From a virus (lineage: Duplodnaviria > Heunggongvirae > Uroviricota > Caudoviricetes), in the IMG/VR virus record IMGVR_UViG_3300031992_000025, positions 33,932 through 97,931 of that record: DNA of 64,000 nt; one strand, given 5' to 3'. The first letter of the stretch is position 1. Every line of letters begins with the position of its first letter. Positions 34,505 through 45,110 of the stretch are shown here, one piece after another. The translations under genes were made by a program, and so were the position numbers. Below the pieces are notes generated by a model, which was not told where the DNA came from, did not search any database, and saw nothing but the letters and a program-made list of their open reading frames with translations.

Positions 34505-35377
34505 ATGTCAATGTTTAGTGGTAAATGTGATTTATATGATCACATAATGGGAACTGCTGGTTGGTATGACCGAAATGGAAATCCAGTTAAAATGGGAGAT
34601 TCAGGTGTTGGTGCATACTATTCAGACGAGTATAGAGATTTTTTAGAATTTAAGAAAAGAACAGGTGGAGTTTTACATCAACATAAGGTTTTAACAGTTA
34701 CACCTTGGAATCATGATGATGCTGTAAAGCTTTGTCCAGAATTAGAAGTAATTGAACATAAGAGAATTGTTCCAGATAAACGTCAAAAATCTGGGCAAAG
34801 AGAAGATGTTTATTATACTTATAAATATTGGGGAAAAGAATATACCTTAAAAGAATTAAATAAGCATAAAGTTTATATTACTATTGACATTCATTTTGAT
34901 ACTTTACTTGATTTAATTCCTTATTACCCATATATTGTTACAATGTCTTGTAGTAATAACGGCAAACAAACTGTATTTATTTCAAGTCAAAGTTTTGTTG
35001 ATGAAGAAGTAGATGACCATTTAAAGCATGGTTATTATTCAGAGTTTTGGCAATATTATAAAAAACAATTACAAGAGCATTATCAAGAAATTGTTTTAAG
35101 ATATTATAACCCAGCTGGAAGAGAAATAAAAGAAAACATTACTTTTATGAAAGAAACAGCTGAAGATGGAACTGAAAAGTATATTGGTAGAACTTTATAC
35201 CCAATAGATGAAAACTTTGAGCCAAAGTGGACAACTAATAAATCAAGATGGACTTCACCAAAAAGAATTGATGAGCATCGAATTGAAATGAGTAAACAAG
35301 ATTTTGAAGGTTACTTAGGCGCCACTCAAGAAGTTTATTATGTTCAAAAGAAAGACTATGAATTATATTTGGGGTAA
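34505..35377 (+). CDS. hypothetical protein
   Basis: RBS AAGGAGAATTAGAAA-ATG after promoter. Confidence 0.5.
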   Translation: MSMFSGKCDLYDHIMGTAGWYDRNGNPVKMGDSGVGAYYSDEYRDFLEFKKRTGGVLHQHKVLTVTPWNHDDAVKLCPELEVIEHKRIVPDKRQKSGQREDVYYTYKYWGKEYTLKELNKHKVYITIDIHFDTLLDLIPYYPYIVTMSCSNNGKQTVFISSQSFVDEEVDDHLKHGYYSEFWQYYKKQLQEHYQEIVLRYYNPAGREIKENITFMKETAEDGTEKYIGRTLYPIDENFEPKWTTNKSRWTSPKRIDEHRIEMSKQDFEGYLGATQEVYYVQKKDYELYLG

Positions 35378-35382
35378 TAACT

Positions 35383-35625
35383 ATGGATTATAATAGACAA
35401 TATTTTAGTAAAGATGATGTAAAAGCAGGTTTACATATTAAATTTATGCAATTTTTATTAGACAATTTTGAGTCTAAAGAATATCATCTTGATATGCATG
35501 TTTATCATGAAGACTGTGGTGCAATTATAGTTGAATGGATCAGACAGCTTTGGGATTATATTGATGATATGGGCAAATTTGTATTTCTTGCAGGCGATGA
35601 AGAAATTGTAAAAGAGGAATATTAA
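35383..35625 (+). CDS. hypothetical protein
   Basis: closely follows previous gene. Confidence 0.4.
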   Translation: MDYNRQYFSKDDVKAGLHIKFMQFLLDNFESKEYHLDMHVYHEDCGAIIVEWIRQLWDYIDDMGKFVFLAGDEEIVKEEY

Positions 35626-35628
35626 TGT

Positions 35629-35826
35629 ATGAAAAAATTTGTAAAAGTTTTATTAAATATTTTTTATACCATTATAGCTGTTATATTTGGGGTTGCAGGA
35701 GCAATTTGTCTAATACCACTTGCAGCTATTGGTTTAGTAATAAGCTTGCCAGCTTCAATTATAGCTGATATTTGGTTTCCACCAGATATTTATGAAATAG
35801 AAGAAAATAAAGAAAGTGAAGAATAA
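35629..35826 (+). CDS. small membrane protein
   Basis: hydrophobic core FYTIIAVIFGVAGAICLIPLAAIGLVISLPASI. Confidence 0.45.
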   Translation: MKKFVKVLLNIFYTIIAVIFGVAGAICLIPLAAIGLVISLPASIIADIWFPPDIYEIEENKESEE

Positions 35827-36752
35827 TGAAATATTTTATAGTAAGTGATATTCATAGTTTTTATTTAGAGCTAAGAAATGCTTTAAAGCTTGCTGGTTTT
35901 GAAAAAAACAATAAAAATCATACACTGATTGTTTGTGGCGATGTTTTTGATCGTGGACCAGATACAATGGGAGTATATAAATTTTTAACTTCAATTCCAA
36001 AGAAGAGATGTATTCTTGTACAGGGAAACCATGAGCTTTTATATAAAGAGCTTTTAAAAAAGAAATTTCCTGATAGCTATGATTTTAGTAATCATACTGT
36101 TGACACTTTCTGCCAGATAGCTGGTTATAGTGCAGAAATTATGACACCTGAATATTGGTACAAACTTGGGGAAGACCCATATGATAGAATTCAACAAGTC
36201 TGGCAAGAAATATTACGAGAAGTTAATCATAGCCAGGTTACAGACTGGCTATATAGTGACCAATGGAAACCTTGGTATGAAGTAGGAAATTTTATTTTTG
36301 TTCATAGCTTTATTCCACTTAGAAATGCAGACGGTTTACCAAGCTATTATATAAATAATCGTAGGTTTGAATATTTTAAAGACTGGCGTGAAACTGCAAC
36401 AAAGTTTGAATTAGAAGATGCAACCTGGGGGTGCCCATATCAGCAGTATCTTGATGGTTATTTTAAAGAAGAAGCCACTAACGGAAAGGTCCTTGTTTGT
36501 GGACACTGGGTAGTCACAGATTTTCGTAAATATATAAATAATAAAAAATATACTGATGATACAAGTATCTACTATTGGGACAATTTAATTGCTCTTGATT
36601 GTGGTGTTTGGCAATATAAAGGTTCAAAAGAATTTTATCACCCACAAAATGTCCTTGTTATCGATGATAAAGATTTTAAATGTTATGATCAATATAGCAC
36701 AGAGCTTGAGGAAGAGTCATCAGTTCCAAGAATAGAAACAGTTACAGAGTAA
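35826..36752 (+). CDS. calcineurin-like metallophosphoesterase
   Basis: SDIHS...CGDVFDRG...QGNHE motifs. Confidence 0.65.
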   Translation: MKYFIVSDIHSFYLELRNALKLAGFEKNNKNHTLIVCGDVFDRGPDTMGVYKFLTSIPKKRCILVQGNHELLYKELLKKKFPDSYDFSNHTVDTFCQIAGYSAEIMTPEYWYKLGEDPYDRIQQVWQEILREVNHSQVTDWLYSDQWKPWYEVGNFIFVHSFIPLRNADGLPSYYINNRRFEYFKDWRETATKFELEDATWGCPYQQYLDGYFKEEATNGKVLVCGHWVVTDFRKYINNKKYTDDTSIYYWDNLIALDCGVWQYKGSKEFYHPQNVLVIDDKDFKCYDQYSTELEEESSVPRIETVTE

Positions 36753-36753
36753 T

Positions 36754-36782
36754 AAAAAGGGGTTTACAAAACCTCTTTTTTG
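36754..36782 (+). terminator. rho-independent terminator
   Basis: AAAAAGGGGTTTACAAAACCTCTTTTTTG. Confidence 0.55.
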
Positions 36783-36810
36783 TTGTATAATATATGTAGG
36801 AGAAAGAAAA

Positions 36811-37536
36811 ATGATTAGTGTTTTATATGACATTTTCAAAAAATGGAGTGCCAATGGGTCAGTTTATATTATAAGTGATCCACATTTTTCTGATGCCGAA
36901 AGCTTTGAATTTAGAAAAGCAAGTGGAAAATTACCAGAAGGTATTGAAACTATTGAAGACTTAGATAATTATATTATTAAGAATATTAATGCTGTTGCAA
37001 GTAAAAATGATACATTAATATGTTTGGGCGACGTCGGCAATAAAGAATGCATTACTAAGCTAAAAGCAGGTTATAAAGTTTTATTACTCGGTAACCATGA
37101 CCGTGGTGCAGACCACTATAAAAGAGCAATTGTTGATATTACAGATTTAAAAGCTAACTTAGCTAAATCAGTTAAAATACCAAAAGAGCTTTTTATGGGT
37201 GAACATGAATTAGATAAGCATGTAGTGTTTGATAATAAGCTATTTGATGAAGTTTATTCTGGACCACTAATGATTAGTGATAAGATTATTTTGTCTCATG
37301 AACCAATTATTCCTTGCCCAGACTATTTAGTTAACTTGTGTGGGCATGTTCATGCTAAAAATCATAAATTCAGAGTTGATAAACACCAGTATTATAACTT
37401 CTGTGCAGAAGCAATTGATTATAAGCCTGTCTCTCTTGGAGAGCTTATCAAAGAAGGAATTCTTAGTAAGGTAAAAGATATTCATAGAGTGACAGTTGAC
37501 GGTGCAATAGTCAGAAAAAAGAAAGCTAGCCATTAA
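36811..37536 (+). CDS. calcineurin-like metallophosphoesterase
   Basis: ISDPHFSD...LGDVGNKE...LLGNHDRG motifs. Confidence 0.6.
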   Translation: MISVLYDIFKKWSANGSVYIISDPHFSDAESFEFRKASGKLPEGIETIEDLDNYIIKNINAVASKNDTLICLGDVGNKECITKLKAGYKVLLLGNHDRGADHYKRAIVDITDLKANLAKSVKIPKELFMGEHELDKHVVFDNKLFDEVYSGPLMISDKIILSHEPIIPCPDYLVNLCGHVHAKNHKFRVDKHQYYNFCAEAIDYKPVSLGELIKEGILSKVKDIHRVTVDGAIVRKKKASH

Positions 37537-37622
37537 TTGGTTAGCTTTTTTAATAAGCTAAATTATTATATATGATACTTAATAAATTTAAAGACTGATA
37601 TATTAGGCATTGTGAGCTTATT

Positions 37623-37784
37623 ATGAGTATTGACTCAATGATATTTTTTATTGCTCTATTTGCAAGTTTTCTATATTTATTTCTAGCATTTCCTATCTAT
37701 TTTCATATAATAGCTGCTAGTATTTCAGTTGTGTCATACTTATTTTTAGTATTTAATACTAAAATATTCGCTAAGTATTACTAA
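37623..37784 (+). CDS. small membrane protein (53 aa)
   Basis: two hydrophobic segments; low confidence short ORF. Confidence 0.25.
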   Translation: MSIDSMIFFIALFASFLYLFLAFPIYFHIIAASISVVSYLFLVFNTKIFAKYY

Positions 37785-37867
37785 GTTATAAATTTTTTTA
37801 ACCAATTTTTTCGCTAAATTAATGTGAGATTGATAGAAATCTTACCAAAAGTAAGGAGGAAGCCTCT

Positions 37868-38404
37868 ATGGAGACCAGCTGATTAGAGATCACTATTGCT
37901 ATTGTTGGCTTACTTGGTACAGTTCTTGGTGTCCTAGGCATTTCAGGTTACCTTGGAGAGCGTGCAAAGCATAAAGCAGAACTTAAAAACAGACAAGAAG
38001 ATAAAGAAGTAGAAGATAAACAAGAAGTAGCAGATCAAAGATTAAAGAATACAGTTAGAGATGTCTTTAAAGAAGAAGTTCACCCAATTAATATTAAGCT
38101 AGATAATATCACAAAAGAAATTGAAGCAATTAAAAGTGATTTAGCTGATAACACAATTGGAACGGTCACAATGCTTCGTGATAGAATGAAAGCTATTAAA
38201 GATGAATGTAAACATGAGGGTTTTGCATCTACAAGTACAAAAGCAAACTGACATGAATTATATAATACCTACAAGAGTTTGGGTGGAAATCATTTTAAAG
38301 AATATGTTGATGCTTGGAAAGAGGAACTTGAAGAGCTTCCATCTACAGCTCCTTTAAAAGGTCGTAAGGGAAAATCTACTAAAGTAGCCCCTGAAAATAA
38401 ATAA
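37868..38404 (+). CDS. membrane-anchored coiled-coil protein (TGA-recoded)
   Basis: RBS AAGGAGGAAGCCTCT-ATG; TM helix then charged coiled coil; 3 in-frame TGA. Confidence 0.5.
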
Positions 38405-38429
38405 TAAAGATTAGAAAGGAAATAAAACT

Positions 38430-38795
38430 ATGTTAGAATGGATCGAATCTGCAAATCAAATCGTTGTATTAGTTACTAGTTTAGTTGGTTTAATTGGTAC
38501 AGGTGTTGGAGCATTTTTTGCTATTAAAGGTTGGGTTAAAGCCTTTAAAGAAAAAGATGCAAAACAAAAATGGGCAACTATTATGGAAATTGCTGATGCT
38601 GCAATTAAAGAGGCTGAAAAGTCTGGCAAGTCAGGAGCAGATAAAAAAGAAATGGTTGTCAATTCAGTCAAAGCAAGCTGTAAAGCAGCGGGTATTGATG
38701 TAGATACATTTATTGACCAATTATTAGAATATATTGATCAAACAATTGCATTTGTCAATGACATGTCTAAAAAGACAAAAGTAGCTAAAAAATAA
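38430..38795 (+). CDS. membrane protein, holin-like
   Basis: N-terminal TM helix, Lys-rich tail; followed by terminator. Confidence 0.4.
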   Translation: MLEWIESANQIVVLVTSLVGLIGTGVGAFFAIKGWVKAFKEKDAKQKWATIMEIADAAIKEAEKSGKSGADKKEMVVNSVKASCKAAGIDVDTFIDQLLEYIDQTIAFVNDMSKKTKVAKK

Positions 38796-38814
38796 AGAAA
38801 AATATTAGTAAATA

Positions 38815-38847
38815 AAAAAGACTTGTATTATTACAGGTCTTTTTATT
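38815..38847 (+). terminator. rho-independent terminator
   Basis: AAAAAAGACTTGTATTATTACAGGTCTTTTTATTT. Confidence 0.6.
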
Positions 38848-38860
38848 TATTACAATTAAA

Positions 38861-38875
38861 TCTGCTAAATTATTT
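38861..38875 (+). promoter_or_regulatory. TCTGCTAAATTATTT motif upstream of first structural-module gene
   Basis: as above. Confidence 0.4.
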
Positions 38876-38912
38876 GATAAATGCTGAATAGAAATAGAGG
38901 AGATATTAAATA

Positions 38913-39377
38913 ATGCGAGATATGTTTGTTAAATATGACAATGATGTTGAAAAAAAGCCTCTTCCACCATTTATTTCATGCGAAGATAGACCAAAGATTT
39001 TAGAGAGTCTTGATAATATTGCTATTGTAAGAGACGTTTTTGGTAATGAAATTGGCATTAAAGTCAAACATAACACAGCTTTTAATATTTATTTATATTT
39101 AGATGGTTATGTTGATGGTGAAAGCTTAGATACAGTTGTTTTAAATAGCCAATTAAATTTCCAAGTATTTTCTTTTAGACATAAATTAGTCTTTGAAAAG
39201 ACATTTAATGCAGCAGATTATTATGATGCAGAGTCTAATTGGCTTGTTATACCAATTTCACAAGCAGAGTCAGAAATTTTTGATATAGATTCATATACCA
39301 TTAAGGCTACTTTAGGTTGGCCAGGCGGAAAATATGAACTTTATAGTGAAAATGATGGCCTATTAATTTTTAGATAG
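38913..39377 (+). CDS. hypothetical virion-module protein
   Basis: RBS AGAGGAGATATTAAATA-ATG, TTGCTAAATTATTT motif upstream. Confidence 0.45.
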   Translation: MRDMFVKYDNDVEKKPLPPFISCEDRPKILESLDNIAIVRDVFGNEIGIKVKHNTAFNIYLYLDGYVDGESLDTVVLNSQLNFQVFSFRHKLVFEKTFNAADYYDAESNWLVIPISQAESEIFDIDSYTIKATLGWPGGKYELYSENDGLLIFR

Positions 39378-39390
39378 GAGGAGCTATACT

Positions 39391-40077
39391 GTGGAAGATT
39401 TAAAGATTAAAACAGTGCTAGGAATAGTCCCAAGAAAAAAGCCACATGAACTAACTAAAATTATTCGTGGTGCAAGTGCTAAACTTGACTATGTTTTATC
39501 AGACAAATGGTATACTTTTGATACATTAGAGCAGGTAACATATACATTTAAACAAAAAAGAAGAATTATTTGGTTTAATATGTTTATTTACTTAAAAAAG
39601 ACTGAAGATACTACCGTTGATATTTATAAAACTTATTATGAAAATGTTAGACAAATATCTCCAGATAGTTTGCAATGTCTTGGTGATTTAGTTACTGAGC
39701 CAGTTGAAAACCCAAAAGAAGCAAATTATTATGAGGTTGTTGAAATTACTGATGGTGAGAATAACTTATGTTATTTACTTGATAGCCATTTCTACTATAC
39801 AGTTGATGGTGAAAATGAATATATCTCATTTATATTTACACCAGAAGAAACTGCCTCATTTTATCCGACTCAGCCAGGTGCAAATGTAGGATTTGAAATT
39901 GCACTTAGATTTAATACAGATAACAGAGTAGATTTAACAAATAAAGATTCTGTTGTCATAGACCCACAATCGCCTTTAATTGTTATTGATAGTTTATATA
40001 GCCAAATTAATGCAGATGGTGAAACTTGCAATGATGATACAGGTATGGTTGTATCAACAGATCGTAATGTATGATAA
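39391..40077 (+). CDS. hypothetical virion-module protein
   Basis: GTG start after AGGAGGAGC; terminal TGA then TAA. Confidence 0.45.
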
Positions 40078-40091
40078 TAAGGAGATAATAT

Positions 40092-43000
40092 ATGTCAGAG
40101 CTTTACACAAAAACCGTATGGATAAACAATAGAACAAAGCTTAGTGCCAAAAACATGAACCATATTGAAGATGGTCTTGAAAGAGTGGCAGAAGCAGTAG
40201 AAGAAATAGAAGAAAGTGGAGTTTCACATACTCACAGAAATAAAGCTATTTTAGACCAAATAACTGCACCATTTACTACTGTATTAGAAAATAAATACGA
40301 TAGTTATGCAAATAAATCAACTGTCACTGTAAGTAAATCAGGTGAGTCTGAAGTTAGTGTTCAATATATTACAATTGATGGTGTTGAATACAAACTTGCT
40401 GGTGATATTGCAGAAAATTACGAAGAAAAATATGATGTTTCTTTAAATACAATTACTGAAACAGGCGTTTATAAAATTATTGATGCTAGAGATGTTCCAG
40501 AAGGAACTTCTACATCTGGTATTTTAAATGCAACAAAGTTATCAAATGGACAAACAGCTCAAGATTGGTTATCAACAACTAATCGTGCTGTTAGAATTTT
40601 TGATGAAAGTGCTATTGGTTTAAAATTCTATGTTAATGATGAATTAGTTTCACAAGGTGAAGTATTATTACCAGCTGGCGGGACTTATGAATTACAAGGT
40701 GATTTATTAGGTCATATTATAATTGGTGAAAGTGAAGCAGCTGTTAATAATCGTACAAAAATTATTCTTAATGGTGTTAATATTCAATCTTATGATTATG
40801 ATTCATGTATTGAATACACTCCAATTGATAGTAAGGTTGTCATTGAAGTTGCTGATAATTCTAAAAACTATATTGTTGTTGGAACAGATGGTGAAAAAGA
40901 CGATGATGATTTAGGCGCTATTCATTCTGAGAATAATTTAGTTTTAACAGGTGTTGGTTATTTAACAGTTATTAATACTAAAGGCCATGGCATTAAAGCT
41001 TCTGAATTAGTTATTACTGGTAACCCATATGTTTACTTACGTACAAATCATGATGCTGTTCATGGCGGTAAATTATTAAAGATTGCTGGTGGTTATTTTG
41101 AAGTTGATGGAGCTAATGATGCATTTAGTGGTTCAGCTGGTTCATCTGATAATGGCAGAGTATTAATTCTTGGTGGTACTTATGTAATTAATGCTTGTAA
41201 TGAAGCAGCATTTGAAGGCAAGTCTGCCAATGGTATTAAGAGAGTTTTAAATGCTAACATTACATTTGGCGCTGGTGTTAATAAATTATTTAATGCAAGC
41301 AATGCAAATGAAGGTTTTGAATTTAAAGTATTTGAAGGTTTAAATACAATTGTTAATAATTCTGGTAAAGCAGATCCTACAACTGTAAGTCTAAAGACAC
41401 TTGTTGGTCCAGCTAGATTAACTATTGGAACTGGCGTAGAAGCTACTGTTATTCCAACAGACGAAGCTGAAGTTGTAATTGCACCAGTTGAAGATACTGA
41501 ATATGTTGCAAGCGGTGACTGGACAGGCAAAAAACTTATTTCAAATCCAGCTGCAGGTATTAAAGTTGATATTGTTTTAGAAGATTTCTATCATGAGCCT
41601 ACTGAATTACAAGATGGTTTTGAACCAGCACCATTTATTCAACATAATGGCGATAAACGTATTAAATTCTCAGTTGATGAATTTAAATTAGCTTATATTG
41701 CACATGAAGGAGCAGCTGCCATTTTAACTTCAAAAAATATTCAAGTTAAAGGCAAAGGCGACTTATTTATTAAATGTACTAATGGTGAGGCTATTACTGC
41801 CCCAAATGGCTACACTGTTTTAGGTGGAGACGGTATTAGAAATATTACAAATTGTGCTTCTGGTATTACAACAGCTAGTTTACGTTTAGGGGAAGACCCA
41901 GATGATGTTGATGAAAAATTTGATTCAACTCCAAGCAAACGTGGGGTAAGTGAAACAGCTATTTATATTATTAATAATGCTAGTAATGAACAAAATAAAG
42001 ATATTACGCTTACTACTACTGAACAATTAATTACATATGAAAATCAAGTTATTGCTACTCAATATATGACAGGTGCAGCAATTTTAGGTAATATTGTAAG
42101 AGCTGATTATGAAAGTTTATTAGTTGTTCAATCTGGTGAAGTTTTGCAAAAAACAGGAAATTCATATACTAATACTGCATTAGTCTATGTACAAACTGCT
42201 TTAATTGACATTGAAGGCGATGCCCATGTTTATGAAGAGCCATCTATTGAAGAATTAGATACAGAAGCTCCTGATATTGAAAGTTCAGCTAGCGCTTCTT
42301 GGGTTGTATACCACGGTGATGGCTACTCTAAAGAAGATGCAGATGAGAAATTTGTTGCTAAATCAACATATAATGCATTAGTTAATGATTTAGATGCTCG
42401 TGCACCAAGAAAAATTGATATTATCAATTTCTTAGCTGATGACGACGGAATTCCATTAAAGCCAAAGACAAAAGATCCTCATCCTGGCACATATGCTGAT
42501 GGTAAAATTGATGCAATTGAAATTTTTAGATATGCATGTCCAGAACAAATTGATATTGATAGCACTATTGACCAAAATGGTGATCCAGTACTAGAGCCAG
42601 AAACACATAGCAGCTACATGAAAGATGGCCGTCAAATTTATGCTAGAGACGGTGATTCTGGTTATCCAGAAATTGATGGAACAGGCCAATTTAATTTTAG
42701 GCCAGTTTGAAATACAGAGGGTTATGTTTTAACTCCAATTGTCACAGATTTTTCTGGTAAACCACATGATGGTAATGAAAAACTTCCAGATAAATCTCCA
42801 AATCCAAATTATAATAAATGTTATAATAAATTTAAAACACCTTGGTTAACAGGTATTCCAGGAGTTCATAGATTCACAAAAGTTTGTAAAGACATTAAAA
42901 TTGATTTTGAAGCTGTTGAGGAAGCAAGTTTACCAAGAAATACAATTACTTGGAATATAGTTGCGCCAGATGGTTATTTAGAAACTAATATTCCGTCAGT

Positions 43001-43811
43001 TAGAATTTTTAGATGTGAAGATCAAGCTGAAAAATATTTTAAATATTATTTAGGTGAAGATACATATCTTGGTACATTATCTGAAGACCTTATTTCTGGT
43101 GAAGCTTTATCATTTATAAAACAAGAAACTGAAGCTGGCGAAGACCAAGTTTGGGAAACAACTGGTATTACTTATAATAATGATACTGGTTATCCAGAGA
43201 AAAATGGTGGTAGTATTGTTTTCTTGCTTGGAAATCTTGATAAATTACCAGAAGGCTATACTGTTACAGCTTTTACTGATGGGCCAGCTATAAGTGATGG
43301 TAGTTATGGTCATACAAAGTTTGTTGAAAAAATTAATGATAATATTACAATTACTATTAAAGTTGCCCCACCAGTTAATATTAGTTATGATGATCAAGGC
43401 AATACATTAACATATATTGATAAAGGTAAGACAAAAGTAGCTTATGGCTTCTCAGACGGGGATAATCAGGAATCAGCAGCTCAAGGGTCAAATATTGTAT
43501 TTACAATATTCCATAGTGAAACTGATACTGCACATGGCGGCTATGGTTGGACCGAGGGTACAAAAGATCCAATTACACAAATTAAGCCAATTTATAAACT
43601 CGATGGAACTCAACCAACTGTAGAAGATGTATATCCATATATTGCTTCAGTTACAGTCGGTGAAGTAGTCTATACTCCAGCAGATGCTATTATAGCAACT
43701 AATTGAAAAGCTAAGAAGGTTGAAATTACACTTAATGCTGCTATTGTAACAGATGATATTATAATTAAGCTTGCTGCAAGACCTGGTGAAAGAAATTGGC
43801 CAGCTGAATAG
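40092..43811 (+). CDS. giant structural protein (1239 aa, tail fibre/tailspike-like), TGA-recoded
   Basis: frame continuous 40092-43811 across TGA at 42708 and 43704; RBS AAGGAGATAATAT-ATG; Gly/Asn/Thr-rich beta-rich composition. Confidence 0.55.
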
Positions 43812-43829
43812 ACATAGGAGAAATTTATT

Positions 43830-44606
43830 ATGAGAATTAGAAATGTAATTGATCACATTAATACAAAGCAAGATATAATTAGTGATTTAGCTACAATTAG
43901 AGCTGGTGCAGAAGCAGGAGCTTCTGCAGTTCAGCCAGCAGCTATTTCTGATATGGCTACTCAAACTTGGGTTGGCCAGCAAGGATTTGCAGCAGAAACA
44001 GACTTAGGTAGTAATTTATTTACAGTCGCTGATGGATTTACCGTAGATATGCAACATTGCTATCAAATTGGACCATTAGTTTTTATCCATATAGTATTTC
44101 ATAAGAATGCTGCACCATCAGCTGCTTCTATTCTTAAAATTGGCACATTCTCAATTCACCCACAACATGACCATGCTTTCCCAGCGACTGCATATAATGC
44201 AAGCGCTTCAACTACATCTAAAAAATTATTAGATAGTCGTGGTGTTTTAGAAACAAATGGCGATATTTGGTGTTATTTTATTTCAGATTCAACAAGTAAT
44301 GCAATTTATGATATTGAATTCTTCTTCTGTGCAAATGATAATGATCAAGATGGTAGTAATATCTTTGATATTGGTCAAGCAGTTGATATTACTATTAATT
44401 ATAATGCAAATGGTGGCGAAGGAACAATGGAATCAACTATTGCAATATCTCCAACTGCAGCTGCATGTACATTCACAGCACCTAGCGGTATGCAATTTGT
44501 AGAGTGGAATACTGCAGCAGATGGCTCTGGTGATACATATGCTGTTGGCGATTCTATTGAAGCAGACTTAACACTTTATGCAATTTGGGAAGAAGCTAGC
44601 GTCTAA
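43830..44606 (+). CDS. structural protein with C-terminal Listeria-Bacteroides repeat (Flg_new-like) domain
   Basis: ITINYNANGGEGTMESTIAISPTAAACTFTAPSGMQFVEWNTAADGSGDTYAVGDSIEADLTLYAIW. Confidence 0.5.
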   Translation: MRIRNVIDHINTKQDIISDLATIRAGAEAGASAVQPAAISDMATQTWVGQQGFAAETDLGSNLFTVADGFTVDMQHCYQIGPLVFIHIVFHKNAAPSAASILKIGTFSIHPQHDHAFPATAYNASASTTSKKLLDSRGVLETNGDIWCYFISDSTSNAIYDIEFFFCANDNDQDGSNIFDIGQAVDITINYNANGGEGTMESTIAISPTAAACTFTAPSGMQFVEWNTAADGSGDTYAVGDSIEADLTLYAIWEEASV

Positions 44607-44644
44607 ACTATAAAATATAATATAAAATTAATATAATCAATATA

Positions 44645-44677
44645 AAAAAGGCATCTTTAATAAGATGTCTTTTTATT
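44645..44677 (+). terminator. rho-independent terminator
   Basis: AAAAAGGCATCTTTAATAAGATGTCTTTTTATT. Confidence 0.65.
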
Positions 44678-44692
44678 ATTTAAAGCTTATTA

Positions 44693-44707
44693 ATTGCTAA
44701 ATTATAT
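44693..44707 (+). promoter_or_regulatory. ATTGCTAAATTATAT motif
   Basis: follows terminator, 27 nt before ATG 44734. Confidence 0.4.
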
Positions 44708-44733
44708 GAAACTTTGAGCAAAGGAGATTCATT

Positions 44734-45096
44734 ATGGCATTAAATAATATTGTAGTAATTAATCGTGGTGATACATTTTCATTTGATTTGACAATCGATG
44801 ACTGTGCGTCTCCAAATGGAAGATATATTTTAAAAGACGATGATGTGTTATATTTTGGTATTATGGATCCACATCAACTTTTTGAGAATGCTCTAGTTAA
44901 AAAAAGATATACAAAAGAAGACTGCGATGATGAAGGTAATTTACTTATTGTAATTAGACCAGAAGATACTCTAGATTTATATCCTGGAGTATATTATTAT
45001 GCTGTAAAACTTCATAAATTAACTGATAATGAGACTGAATATGTAGATGAAGTTGTTACTGTAATAAATAAAACAAAATTTATTATTAATGACTAG
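44734..45096 (+). CDS. hypothetical virion-module protein
   Basis: RBS AAAGGAGATTCATT-ATG. Confidence 0.45.
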   Translation: MALNNIVVINRGDTFSFDLTIDDCASPNGRYILKDDDVLYFGIMDPHQLFENALVKKRYTKEDCDDEGNLLIVIRPEDTLDLYPGVYYYAVKLHKLTDNETEYVDEVVTVINKTKFIIND

Positions 45097-45110
45097 GAGG
45101 AGACTGATTA